From Podarcis cretensis (taxonomy: Eukaryota), in assembly GCA_951804945.1 (NCBI GenBank), contig OX638149.1:139438001-139502000 (forward strand): 64,000 bases of DNA. Reading direction: 5' to 3'. The position numbers and the translations under genes were made by a program. Shown piece after piece: positions 35,590 to 48,700 of this stretch (the first letter of the stretch is position 1; each line of letters starts with the position of its first letter). The notes beneath the pieces are model-generated. The model ran no database searches, had not been told where the DNA came from, and worked only from the letters and a program-made list of their open reading frames with translations.

Positions 35590-35836
35590 CAGCTGTAGGT
35601 CTGAACAATATAACACAACACAATGGCCAATAACAATGGCACTAAACACTATTTATAGACTAATACAAAAGATCAGAAATTACAACCAAAGTCTCTAAAT
35701 CTTCTTCACTAGTCGCAGTAGAATAATTCAAAAGTTTGATGTATACATAATCTGTCACCAAATATCGCTGGAACAGAGTTTCCAGATAACTAACGGTAAT
35801 CTTTTTCGTTCAATGCTTCATCAGCTATAGGTCTGG
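35590..35836 (-). mobile_element. Penelope-terminal-repeat / retrozyme-like unit
   Basis: Bounded by 14-nt direct repeats cagctgtaggtctg (35590-35603) / cagctataggtctg (35822-35835), and contains a hammerhead-like core. Confidence 0.5.
35782..35836 (-). ncRNA. Type I hammerhead ribozyme-like motif (probably partly degenerate)
   Basis: 5'-CCAGA CCU AUAG CUGAUGA AGCAUUGAAC GAAA AAG AUUAC CGU UA GUUAU CUGG-3'. Both core boxes and a UUA triplet are present, stem I is CCAGA..AUAG(C) / (G)UUAUCUGG, and stem III has one mismatch. Confidence 0.55.
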
Positions 35837-37047
35837 CGTGTCTAGGTAAAAAAAAAAACTACTTTTAAGCTTTACAAAATATTTTCTCATGAATCTAGTA
35901 TATTTGGAGAGAGGAATGTGTCAAGTTCAGCACAAAGAGTGATATAGATTTTTAAATATAAGCCTAATGTTTGCTGTTAATTAGCACTAAAAAGGGAGAA
36001 TCCCCCTATTTTCCTTCATGTATTCTAAAAGGAGGCCACGTCTAAGGATGCTCTGAAGGTTCTTGGCTATCAGATGTGCCTTGCTGGTTTTTCGGAAGTG
36101 CCAGAGCGAACGCTAGAATCACAGTTTTCTTTGCTCATAAATTAAAGATGAAATTGGGTGGTGTGTGTGTGTGTGAAGAGTAATGAAATGAAACTGAAAC
36201 TGGATAGCAGTGAATATGTACAAACAAAAATGCCTTTTATTATGGAAGGGATTCTCAAGACGAGTGATGACTTTTTCCCTCAGAACTGGTGGAGGAACAT
36301 GCATTGTAAACAGGGTTTTTTTTATTTAATTTATTTAATTTTAGCCTTGTAATGGAAATGGAATGTACAAAATGAGCTTAATGTTTTTCCCCCACCCGTC
36401 ATTAAATTACTATTCTATGAATTTTCTATATATCTTAACAGAACCTCTCTGTGTTCATTAAATATATGCACATAATGTTTCTTCTCCAGAATAATTGCCT
36501 TGTATGGGCCATTAAGCTAAACCTTTTTCAGGCTGTCAGTCAAATTGCTGGAAAAAAAGAAATAAAAATCATAGTTGCCAGATTGTGGCTTTAAGGGTAA
36601 ATGACAATATTGCTAAATACGAGTGTTTTCTGACAGTTTTCAGAGTCAAATCAATTTTTTGATAGTGAATTCAAGAACAGGTAGTATGGAAATTGAGGTC
36701 TGAAAATTTTCACTTGAAGATATTTAAGTGGTGTTTGACTTGTTGCCGTAACTAGTTATCTTTTGTATGATAATGTCAAAAAAGAAGAGGAAGAGCAAAA
36801 AGAAAATGAAAAAATATGATTCAGCAATGCAAACTATATGCAATGGAAGTAGGAAGACAGTCTATTCAAAATGGAGGAAAATACAAAAGGCATTTTCCAG
36901 AACCACAGTTAATGTCGATTCTGCCCTACATGCATGAAAGAAAGAGATAAGAATTGTCAATGCAAGCAATATATATATGCACATGCAAAAGCCTCAAGGG
37001 TGGTATGGAACAAGGGGAGAGGAAGGCAGAGGGAGAAGAGGAGTGGA

Positions 37048-37085
37048 GAGAAGAGAAGAGAAGAGAAGAGAAGAGAAGAGAAGAG
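37048..37085. repeat. (GAAGA)n pentanucleotide repeat
   Basis: Seen directly. Confidence 0.95.
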
Positions 37086-37348
37086 ATTAACCACCACTGT
37101 GAGTGCAGTAGATGATGAGACTCCACTCCAGAAAGATAAGTGGGCTGTTGGTGGACAAGTTTACCTGACAATGCTATGTGCCAGATTCTGTCTATCCATC
37201 CCTGGAGCAAAGCCTGATGTGTCCTTCCAGTGAAGGGCTATTTCTGCCCCTGGCAGCTAACAGTAATGCCAGTGGAGTTTTTGAGTGTGTGGGGGGCATC
37301 TCATTTTCTGTGTCATGCATAAACCACATAGTTTTTTCAGGTTCACTG

Positions 37349-37392
37349 ATTGATAGATTTCATAAAATTTATTGATAGATTTCATAAAATTT
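37349..37392. repeat. Perfect 22-bp tandem duplication
   Basis: attgatagatttcataaaattt x2. Confidence 0.9.
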
Positions 37393-40249
37393 ATACACCA
37401 CTTAATTTACTTTTATTTTTTAAAAAGAAAACTCATTAGTTTGCAGGCAAGCAATATTCTTCATCTCTGAAACCCTGTACAGATATTTTCTATGGATGCA
37501 GGTGGGGATCACGGTTATAATGGATGTCCCAACAATCTAGTGTACTTGACCTCCACTTTTGCTAAGGTATGTTTACACAGTGGTCTGTGTAAAGAGACTC
37601 CCAATTCAGGATCCGTGCAAGCCTTTATTCCCAGTGTGCTGATTGTGAACTTGAGTCTTCTATGCACATAGAGCACCATGTAGAGATTGGACACACAGAG
37701 CAGGCAGGGCCATTGGGAGCAACTCCTTCCCCGCCTGCCACTGTGCATTAAAAATGCCGTATGCGCAGGTCTCACATATGCAACTGAAGCCATAAACAGA
37801 GACCAAAGACTTCCTACATGGGACACGTCCACTCCTTTAAGAGTTAACAGTCACCCAAACTGTCAAGTAGGAAAAAGGGGGTGGGATGACAAGAGGCTTC
37901 TTTCATTTTTATTTACAGCTTTATTCTTCTTCAGAAAATTCCATTATCGAACAAATCCAATGTTTCTTGGGGAAACTTAATATCCCATGACTCTCAGAGG
38001 AACAGATAGCTCAATTTTGAAGTAGAGGTATCAACAGAGGGAAATGAGAATGCAATATCAGATCTTCCAAGTGGCAAATCACTGAGGGCCAGATGGTTTC
38101 AGTTTAAGGAGTTTTGCAAGTATTTTTTTTTAGAACATCTGGTTCCTCAAATGTTTCAGTTCTTACTTTTTCACTGGAAACAGAATTTTCCTCTTCAGGG
38201 CTCCATCAATGGTGTTAATAAAAAAAAGAAAATTGAATCATGTCTGGCTGTGCCCCTAACTAACTGAGAAAGAAAAACTGCTTTCTCTCTTTTTTTCCTG
38301 ATGGTGCCTAATTTAATATAGACTGGTTATTGTGCATGGTCCATGTAAGCAAAGCGGGGCTAGAACGTTACAAATCGCTCAGTAAAACCCTTGGGTACAA
38401 CAGAACTGCCAGCAATTTGTAAATAATGAGTCTCCCATGAGCAAGTCAAAAAAGGAGGAATTACCCCTTTATAAGGATATGGTGAGTTAGAGGGGGTTAA
38501 AGGACCTTTTAAAGTGTGGAATACTTCCTGGATAGTCCCTTCCAAGTTTGCAGAAACATGATCGAGGCAAAGTCAGTTGATTTAAAATCCCATTGACTTA
38601 AATGGACAAAAGCATACATGCTCACTGAAATATATCGGGCTTGGAAATGCTTCTTTTTGGCAGGTTTTTGCTTTCTGGCATGTTTTCCCCTTGAACCATA
38701 CGCATCTTGAATTTTCATAATGTGTCATCTTTTTCGTTACCTTTTATTCCACAGAGCAGTAATGTGGCCTTCACTGTTGACTGTAATGACCAATTCCATT
38801 TTGTCAGATTCCCTCTTCCTGAACATACCCATTTCTCACAAGAAGTGAAAGCTTTTACACTTTGGTTTTGAATAGATGGACGACTTTTGCTATACAGGCT
38901 TGGTACATTGGAAAATTGTGCTTAGAAAATTCTCATCATTCAAACTTCTCTCTAGATTTTTGGAGTTTTGAATTGACCTGCATTGTTTCTGAAGTGGAGC
39001 CAATGCATTAGGAAATCTCCATTGTTCCTGCATTTTAATTTTCAGGTTTTGTAAAAATCCACCATGTTATGCATGCATAGTTTGTCACATCTTTCTGTCC
39101 CTTCAGTTCATTGGCACCTTTTTCTACCTCTGTATTACCAATGCACACATGACCAGCCCAAGGGTCAAATACAACACAGGAAGCTGCATTATGCTGAATC
39201 AGACAGTGGTCTGTCTTGAGTGCCATCAGAGAAAAAGATGGGGTACAAATAAAGATAACAATAGCAACAATAATTACATCTACCTCAGTATTGTCTACAC
39301 TGACTGACAGCAGCTTCATACAGGAATACCTTCCCACCCCACCTGGGGACTGAGTCTGGGACCTTTTGCGTGCAAAGCAGAGATGGGAGAAGGTAGGTAG
39401 AACAATCAATGCAAATTGTTACCTTGGCAAAGAAGGCTATTTTCTACACCAAGTCATACACTCAGTCTATCCATCCTGGCAGCCAAGAGCCACCAGAGTT
39501 CAGGAACATGTTCCAGTCAGAGCAAAACTCTCAAGGAGGGTATGGCTGAGTGGAGAAGAGAACCACTTGGACCACTTTGTTTGGTACTATCTTGAAAGGA
39601 ATGGAGCTGTCCCTCAAACTGCTGTCAGCATCTGTGTTTGTAGCAATCTGTTTCTGAATTATTATTAACTTTGAATTGCTTCTAAAGCATTCTTCATAAA
39701 TAAATAACATCTGCTGCTTTGTTAGAAGTAAGGTGTGAATCCACCTCTACTTCAAACCAGCACTGTGTGTTGTGGGTATAGATGAGAACACCAATACTGG
39801 TATGCTAAAGTAAAAGTACAGAAATGATATGAGAAGAAGATTGGGGGTGGGGGGAGAAGCAAGTGAATATTCTCTCCCTTTTTTGAGCATGTTATTGATG
39901 CATTCTGCAAAATGCTTCAAAGGTCTCTCATCTTATTCTGGCCTTTTAAAATGAAGAAATCGAAACTGTGACTCAGATAGGTAGAGAGATATAGGACTTT
40001 GTATGATACTGTTATGTAGAACCAACCAGCCTTCAAGAAAGGGTTCAGGGGTGGTAACCTGAATGTTCCTCCATCTCTCTCCCTTCCTCCTCAGGTGCCA
40101 TATAGCACCATACAAAGGTTCCTTGACTTTAATAATATTTTGCATAAGCACTGAAACTTTGTTTTATCATGAGACTGCAGTTTGATATGTTTGTAATAGT
40201 TGCTCCTTGGTTCCAGCCATCATATCCCATGCAACAACAATTTCTGTAT

Positions 40250-41612
40250 TAGAATTGCAGCCACATTTGTTGATGGCATTAATCTTTTTTCATAGTCATC
40301 AAAATCAAACCAAAAAACAATTGTGAGGTTCTCCAGAACAATCTCTCCAAAACAGGTCAAATGGCAAATGAGTTCTATGCAAGTAAGCATAAAATGATGC
40401 ACATTTGGCAAAAAATAAAATCTTATACCATCTATAGTCCAATGAGTATTTTTCTAGCAGACTGGTGGTGGGTAGCTTAATAAAAACATCAGCCCAGTGT
40501 GCGGCAGCTGTGGAGGGAAATGTAAGTGCTATGCCATAGGTAATTGGAAAAGGGAATGAAAATAAAGCTGCCAATATTGAAATGCCTTTCTACAAATCAA
40601 TGTTGTGACCACACCTGGAATGCTGTGTACAGTTCTGGTTGTTGTGCCTCAAAAAGGACATTGTAGAGGTGCTGGGAAAGGTGCAGAAAAAGCATCCCAA
40701 ATGATCAAGGTACTGGAGCCAGTGCTCTCTGTTGATGAGCTGCTGCTGCTGCTGCTGATGATGATGATGATGATTGTGTGTGTGTGTGTGTGTGTTTGAG
40801 GCATGTTCTGCTTTAGCTGCAAAGGCTTGGAAAAGGATGGTGATTGTTCCTGTCCTACCCCAAGCTATTTCTATGTGAGAGAGTTTCATATTTGGGGTTT
40901 TTAAAAAGTGGTTTTCCTCCCTGGAGACTGGGGGTGGCATCAGCTGCTAATGGTTTTCTTGATTGATTAAGAAGAGGAGATGGACAGAAGGATCCAAAAA
41001 GCCTCTAAGTCAGGGGTCAGCAACCTTTTTCAGTTGTGGGCTGGTCCACCGTCCCTCAGACCATTTGGTGGGCTGGACTATTTTTTTTGGGGAGGGGAAT
41101 GAACGAATTCCTATGCCCCAAAAATAACCCTGAGATGGATTTTAAATAAAAGCCCACATTCTACGCATGTAAAAACACCAGGCAGGCCCCACAAATGCCC
41201 CTGAGATGCTTTTTAAATAAAAGCACACATTCTACTCATGTAAAAACATGCTGATTCCCAGACCATCCGTGGGGCGGGTTGAGAAGGCGATCTGGCCCAC
41301 AGGGCTTAGGTTGCCAACCTCTGCTCTATGTCACTGCAAATGTGACAGGAAAAAGATTGAGCCATAAGCTTGGAGACTGGAGGGTAGGACCCGGGCCAAT
41401 GGCTTCAAGTTACAAGAAAAGAGATTCCAACTAAGCATCAGGAAGAACTTTCTGGCGGTAAGAGCTGTTTGACAGTGGACAAACTCCCTCGGTAGATTGT
41501 GAGCTCTCCGTCCTTGGAGGCCATCTGTTATGGGTGCTTTAGCTGTGTTTCCTGCATTGAAAGTGGTTGGACTAGATGATTATTGGAGTCCCTTTCAATT
41601 ATATTATTGTGA
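40250..41612 (+). mobile_element. Old CR1 LINE 3' part, interrupted by microsatellites and a hAT MITE
   Basis: gaccacacctggaatgctgtgtacagttctgg (RPHLE.CVQFW), aagttacaagaaaagagattc..aggaagaactttctg, and ggttggactagatga near the end. (CTG)(ATG)(TG) repeats at 40737-40795. Confidence 0.75.
41011..41323. mobile_element. hAT MITE with internal duplication
   Basis: CAGGGGTCAGCAACC ... GGTTGCCAACCTCTG. TSD ctctaagt / ctctatgt. The block ttttaaataaaagc.cacattctac.catgtaaaaaca occurs twice here and once in the 17351 copy. Confidence 0.88.
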
Positions 41613-43274
41613 GGGAAGTTTTAGAATCCTGGCAGGGCTATGACCCACTTTGCCCATCAATGGGGTCTCCCCTGCTTTTAATCATGAGTTGAATAGATAA
41701 TTTATTATTTTTATGCTTGACTGCAAAAATAGCTGCATTTTGGATTTAAAAATGAAAATTTGGACTGCTTGAGTAAAATTTGTGTTGAAACCTGATTTTT
41801 ATGTCCATCTTAATTTCATCTCTTGATGCAAAAGTTGTGAGGTCTTAGGTTAGAAAGATTTTGGCAGGGTCTTCTGAAGTGTTAAGTGTTTTCCCCCCTA
41901 ATTTTTTGTTGTTATTTCTCCATTTCTTTTTAATGACAAGTCCTGGCACTTTGATAGATTATTTTCCTTCCCCTCCCCAGGAGAACATTCATCCCCCTAG
42001 AAATCTTGGCAAGACAAGAAGGTAATAGCTGTGACAGGTGCTGGAGCAAAGGACACATTATCCGAATCAAGGTTATCACTATAACATGAATCCTAAATAG
42101 ATCACTCGTGTGTAGCTGCAAAATGTTTGGGGTTTCAGGGCCTTGCACTGGGCTACAAACCTCGCTCAGCACTGAAAGCATATTCACTTTTGCATCTAAA
42201 GGAGCTTTTACATTCCAGTGAACCAATCTGTCTTTATCAGAAATGGTTTACACTTTCAGCAAGAATGAAATTTTATTGTCTTCAACAGATGGGCTGGAAG
42301 TGGACATTTGAAGGGCGAGGGCTCTGTGAGTGGCACTGTGATTTTTGCCTGATGATATATTTTCTATTTAAGCCAGCCTTGTAATTTCAGAATCTGGCAA
42401 AAAGCCAATCATATATCCTAAGTATGCTCTCCAGATCAGAGTTGGGATTTGCTGATGAAAATATTTTGCCCTTCTCAAGATTAGACACAAAGGTGAAGCA
42501 TAGAAATAAGTCAACTTGTTCTCTTCCCTTGATCTTCAGACCTGAGTCTTATGGTGTCTTTCAGACTCACAGTTTCCTTTTATTCTTTCCATCCCCAGAT
42601 CCAGCAAGCTTTCTTTGTTATAATTACAGTATTTACATACTTCCTTTCAAGATAAAAATCATTCCAAGGCAGCTTACAAGTAACTTGAATATGCTTTGGT
42701 AAAATCAGAACAGTATGAAAACTCAGCAATGCAGCAGGATCCTTCCCACAGTTTAGCCAGTAACAATTGGCCCTGTTGGCGAATGGGAGACCATCCAGCT
42801 GGAACAGGATCTGTTCCCTTCACTTGCTGCTGCCTCTCTTCTGGAATTCTTTCCACAAGGCAGTTGGTAGATAGCCCCATAGGGAAAGTGGGAGAGACAA
42901 CTCAGTTGGCGCGGCAGCCAGACACCTACAGTTATGTCTTCTTTTTTCCATGGAGTTCCCATTGGGAAGCTTGTAGAAGCTTATATTTGATTTAAGAGAG
43001 CTCATAAGGATCTGGTTCAAATCTGGGGATGAGAGACCTTAATCAAGGGGGTGTATTCCAACCAAAATATAGTCATTTACCATTATATTAATTTAGTGTG
43101 ATAGCTAATTATTTGTTTAAATTACCAGTGCATGCAGTTGGATTCAGCTAGATCATATTTGGATCAGGGCCTGAATTCCATTCAGACATTTCCTAATGAA
43201 ACACAACAAAATGACTTGTGCCATCTTAAACTTGTGCCCAGAACCTACTTCATCAGAAAATGAAGACTTTCACT

Positions 43275-44455
43275 TGATCAGTAGAATTTGAACTGAGTGA
43301 GTATATATTGAGTGTAAATGGGCAAGACGGGGCTTTCTTTGTATAAATAGAAGACAAAATGGCAAGCAGTACATGAGATAGTGGTAAGTGTGTCAAAGTA
43401 CAATGCAGAGCACAAGTGAACAGAATAGAATAGAATAGTCAAAACAAATGCGAGTACCAAACAACGTATAGTAAATAGTGGCTACAAGTGAATAATATAC
43501 CTAGCAAGATCAATACTGTGAATGACAAATTACAAAAACAGGTTCGATTGTGCAGCGTATCGACTACATCTGTGGTATTAAAGAAGAAGTTGGTGCTGCT
43601 TTCCTCTTCATCACACTAAGCAGGAAATTAGCTGTCATCTCGGTAATCCAACAGTCAGAATCCTGCAGAAGAAGGGACACTATCCAGGGCTGGATTGGGA
43701 GATGAAGCTTGTTCACGAGAGGAGTTAGAAACCGAGATCTTTCATCTGTCCAGTTGGGACAGAAGAGCATTACATGTTCCATAGTCTCCAGAGCCGTGTC
43801 ATTGCAGGTGCATGTTCTATTTGCGATGGAAACTCTGGAGTAACGACCCGACAGAACTGCTGTAGGAAAACAGTTGAGACGGGCACAGGTAAAGGCCCTT
43901 CGCTTAGCCTCCGATGGAATTGTGAAGCAGTATAAAGGGATTCCTTCAGGGGGTGGAATAGCTAGGGCTAAGCCTGAACACAGCCCTCTTGCATGGGAAG
44001 CTGTGTTAGAGAAGTCAAGTTGCTGTAGCTTCTTTTTGATTAGAGGCAGGGCCGCCGGGCTAATACACTCTAAGTTAAAAACAGTTTTGCGGTTCAAATT
44101 GAGAAGAGAGCGGAATTTGAGATTAATTGTAGTTTTCCAAGGAGAATTATGTATATCTCTTAAGATCAGATTGGAGAAACCACCTCTAATTCGAGCATCC
44201 GATGCTAGTAGGTGGGAGCTATAGGAAATGGCTCGACTCCATGCTCGTTTTACAATTGAGGGCTGGGCGAACTCAAGTCGTAGGGCTGCACCTGAGACAC
44301 ATCTCGGGACACTGGAAAGAGATCTCAGAAACATGTGAAGTGGGCGATCCAAGTTACCTGATATTGCTGTAGTCCATACTTCGCAGCCATATAATAATTT
44401 AGGGACAACTTTGGCATTAAATATTTGAATTGCTGCTGGAAGGTGTTTGCCGCTG
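43275..44455 (-). mobile_element. RTE-X-like LINE fragment (ORF C-terminus + 3' UTR)
   Basis: Open frame 44466-43564: PAAIQIFNAKVVPKLLYGCEVW..FLRSL..VPRCVS.AALRLE..RRAFT.ARLN..GRY..RTCTC..ET.EHVMLFC (C-terminal CCHC-type knuckle). The left boundary is approximate. Confidence 0.75.
43564..44352 (-). pseudogene. Non-LTR retrotransposon ORF C-terminal fragment with a Cys/His knuckle
   Basis: 262-aa ORF in the track. The frame extends upstream without a stop to 44466. Confidence 0.75.
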
Positions 44456-44489
44456 GAAGGTGACAGCTACTCCCAAGATTCCTTAAAAC

Positions 44490-45650
44490 TGACCTGGACC
44501 CTGCAGTCATGCCACCTGTGGCTCTTCTTCATGTGCCTCTTCCATGTGAAGTCCAGAAGGTGGCAACACAAGAAGGGACCTTTTCTCTGGTGGCTCTTCC
44601 CAGGAAGGCTTGCCTGGCACCTTCCCTGCATGTCTTTAGGCACCAGCAAAAACATTTGCGTGACCAGGCGGTGACAGCCCAGGCCCCCAGAGATCATAAG
44701 GAAGGAATAAAGACTCTGACAACGTTATATGGAATTAAAATTAGGCCACAACTTTATTAAGCTTCCGAACATAGGAAGACCTTGGCTTAGGCCTTGGGGG
44801 TGTATCCCTCCCAGGCCCCCAGCCGGGGGGAACTGGGGCTCATCAGGGTAAATGGGAAATGGGGGTGCACTGCGAGACGTAAGTGTAGCAGGCAGCCCAG
44901 CCCATATCCCCACACACAGGGTAGTTCACTGACGACCTTTCAGTGTATGGCCAGTGACACCCATTATATAACCCCTTTAAGAGGGGGACCCTGGAATCTC
45001 CGCCGCGGGGGGCTGAATCACCACTTCACACATACACACACCCCAATATAGGGAAGAAAAGACTAACGGATTCCGTCCAAGGCCATAACTGCCAAAGTTG
45101 TGGCGAATTGCTGCAGGGAAGACAAAAGCTGCCAATGCAGGAAGATTTCTTCCCGGTCCTTCAACAGCAACCAGTCAAAGACCGTAGCAGCGCCCACTAA
45201 ACAAACCTGCAAAAAAGAAACATTAAACAAAGGGAGGGTAGGGAGGGTGAATCTCCACAGCCGCCTGCCTTGCTATTGTTGGCTCCACCCCCTATTTCTA
45301 AATGGGGCTGGCCCCACCTCCCAGCAAAAAGCTTGATTACTGAGGCTGGGCGTGAACCTCCAAAAATTAACACTGAGAGGCAAGCCAGCCCCTGTTTGCC
45401 AGTAAGCTCCTTGGGAACAGTAGCACCACACACGATCCTGCAAAGAGCACCCACCATGTGAAGTGTGTGCTCATTTTCTAAAACTGGGCCTTTGGCTGAT
45501 TAAACTATCTATTGTGTGTTTGTAGGCACAGGGTTATTGATTTGGTTTTTGTTTGTTTGTTATTGTTATGCAGTTTGTGTTCCCATTTTGTATTTTTATG
45601 TTGTGAACCATCCTGTGATCTTTGGATGAAGAGCAGTATACAAAGTTCCA
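44490..45650 (+). mobile_element. L2 LINE 3' end split by a solo LTR
   Basis: gaaggtggcaacacaagaagggaccttttctctggtggct..gcctggcacct..accaggc | gcctttggctgatt..ttgtgaaccatcctgtgatctttggatgaagagcagtatacaaa. Confidence 0.7.
44670..45483 (-). mobile_element. Solo LTR of an endogenous retrovirus-like element (~815 bp)
   Basis: Interrupts the L2 at ccaggc / ctgggc (imperfect short TSD). Minus strand has TATATAA (~44964-44971) and AATAAAGTTGTGGCC (~44744-44758). Termini look like mutated TG..CA. Confidence 0.65.
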
Positions 45651-48291
45651 CAGTGTCAATTTTACTAATACAATCTAATTCAGATGTTATATGATGGAAT
45701 CTTCATTTAAGAACTTTTTTGGGGGTGATCCTGGGCTTTAAAGTGTACTATAAGGTGTTCTGGTAGAATGAAGTACTACAGTATTTTAAATTCTCCCATT
45801 TGTGTCCATTCCTACCCTCATGCAAAGACCGTTTTGCCTGTGTAAAAGACAGGCAACAGAAGATAAAATGTTAGATGAGTGGATACAAAGGTTTTGATGA
45901 CATATGGCTGATACTGTTTGGCTCAGTGATTATTTTGTTTTAGATAGAAGTGGTGACAAAGTTGGGTCTCATGTCAGGAGTTTGCTTTAGGTGGAATATT
46001 ACTGTTGGCGACCACCTACCTCCAGTTGGGAGAGGGGATGTCTGTGAGCCAGGTTAGGCCTAGAAATCCTTTGACCTGTGAGATGGTTTGGAGAGGCTTC
46101 AGCCAAGAGCTGTAGCGTTAGTGTCAACAGAGAGTATGAGGACCAAGCTCTCTAGAGCTTTGCCTGGGAGCTAAGTTCTCCTGCCAGGCTGAAACAATTG
46201 GGAGTGATTCATATTGTCAATTTGTATGACAGCATTTACAGTTTTTTGTGATAAAATTGTAGCTATCACAAGAGTGCACGTGTGAAGTCATTATCACACA
46301 TTCACTGTCATTTATCATTCTTCCTTATGGTGTCAGCTCAATGTGCCTATGAGATGTTAAGAGGGGGGAAATGATTAATTGTAGCAAAGGGATGATACTG
46401 CTACAGGCATATGATAACAGCACATCATCACACAGAGACTCACACATCCTTTAAGTAAACTGGCCTTCAGGTTTCATAAAAAGGTCACTCAATTTCAAGC
46501 CAATTAGAAAAAAGAATCTAATTTTCTTAACAAGCTTAATTCTAGTCTAAGTAAATTAGGCCCTTTGTGGTATAAGATTACATCACATCAGCATTTTCCA
46601 GGGTTACCTGCTCCTGAATGGAAATTACCTGCATGATTTATTAAATACTGTTGCCGTCATAGCTAGGATGTTAGGCACTTTTTAATTGTCACTCTGGGAG
46701 TTGAATCACAGATACATTTACCAGAGTAATCATCTGAATATGATACTTGTTTGTGTACCAATGGATTTTTCCTTAACATAAAGAGGCATTCTTAATTTTA
46801 AATCACTGTTGGGTGTTCTACTTCTCTAAAACCATCATTAACTGGCAGTTTATAGTTGCAGTTCTGTACAGTGTAACACACAATATTAATATGTATTCCA
46901 ATTTTTCAGGAAACTGAGAGGTCAAAGTGTTATGAATCACTAGCAGTTCTTCAGTGCTAAATCTGCTGGACCAAATCCCTAAGCCCCTGTTCTCACAGGG
47001 CTGTGATGGTGCAACGCATGCCTGCTTCATTATGGCATTGCTGTCTGTTGTAATTTCTGCCATCAGTTGATCTTTATTATTCTATAATGGATATTGCCAT
47101 TATAATCTTGCATACTAGTCTTGACATAACAGGATTTAGTTTCCTTTGGATCAGAGAGCACGGGATATTTCAGGTGAATTTTGTGATGTTTACAAATATT
47201 TAGTTACAAATATGCAAGTAGAACATACTAAAGGCAAAACTACTCCAATACGCAGATTGCATAGCCAGAATCAGATTCCTAAAAAGCAAATTTAAGCAGC
47301 CTGTCGAAGTATGAACCCCAGCTAGACACCCTCTGCATGCATGAATTCTCTTTGTCTTGACTCAAAGTGCAACATGCTCTTCTTTGCCAAGTGCACTAAA
47401 CATCCCCGGTAGTCTGGAGCCCCTCTGCTGTCACTAATTCCTGTTGATGAAACAGCACACAGCAAGTTTAGGACTATTTGCCAGCCACAACCTAACCATC
47501 AATGGCCTGTCACTGACAGCACCTATAACAATATTTTTAGCCAAATGCAGGAATAGGGCTAAGTCAGTTTGAGGCTACATGGGGAAAGGGAGTGGTGTAA
47601 AACCCTCCAGTGTATTTTGTGGCCCGAGAAATGAAGTTCATTTTCTGGCACTTGGTGGGTTCCCCTCCCCCCTTTTTACCCCAAGAGTAATGCTACCTGT
47701 ACATAATGCTACCTGTAATGCTAGCAATGAAAATGGGTAGAATCTAATAGTAGAGCTCAAGGATGGATTTTGCAGAGGAGCATCATTCATTGTATAAAAC
47801 ATCAGCATTTGGAAACAGGATTTGTCCCCTTCCCCACACCCCTTCTTGAGTGATGCAACAATAATATTTGGCAGTAGCACAATTGAGGGAAATCAAGGCA
47901 GTTCAGATTCTGCATTTCCATTGGACTGTGTGACAGACTGTGTCTCTTGAAAGTGGGGTCTTTCCTGAAAATGTTATCTCTGCTGCCATGTGAAGGTTCA
48001 GAGAAAATAAGTGCCTGTGGCTTCAGGAAAACAAAGACATAGATTTGTTATTTTCATTTGAGTTCATTGATCTCATTGGTCCCTTCTCTCTTCAAAATAG
48101 TTCAAAGATCCTTTCAGGCAAGGCTCTAAAACATGAGATGTGGGAGACAGTTTACATTACAATTCAAAATGCTTCACCTTGTCTGTGCATGAGGAGGTCC
48201 CAAGAGATACTGATGCATGCTTATTCTGAACCTTCAATTGCCTAACTCAGGAATAATGCTATTGAATTCAGAAGCATTGCAGAAGTGCAAG

Positions 48292-48700
48292 TAGGGATGC
48301 ACGAATCTGTCAATTTCAGTTTCTCTCATTTTCTCATTTTTCCAATCTTAAGTCCAGTTTACCCCATTTCCACATAATTTTGTTATTCCCTCTCCCAAAA
48401 CAGTCTCCACAAAAATTCAGCATTTTACTGTGCAATTTTTCCCAAAACATACCTTTTTGTATGCAATATTGCCAAATATATACATTTTCTCAAACAATTT
48501 TTGCTACTATATTTCTAGTATGTTGTTTTCACACTTTCCACTCAAATCTTGTTATGCACACTTTCCCCCAAATGCACATTTTTCTGTACAGATTGTTTGC
48601 TTGGAGATGTGCACATTTTCAAAGAGTAGCTTAGCTGCATTTTCACTGGCTTATTGTTTCGGGAAGTGCAGATTGCAAGCTGAACAAAATGTCTTCTCTG
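48292..48700 (+). repeat. Old AT-rich interspersed repeat (TAGGGATG-terminated family)
   Basis: tagggatgcacgaatctgtcaatttcagtttctctca..ttctcatttttccaatc. Confidence 0.5.
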
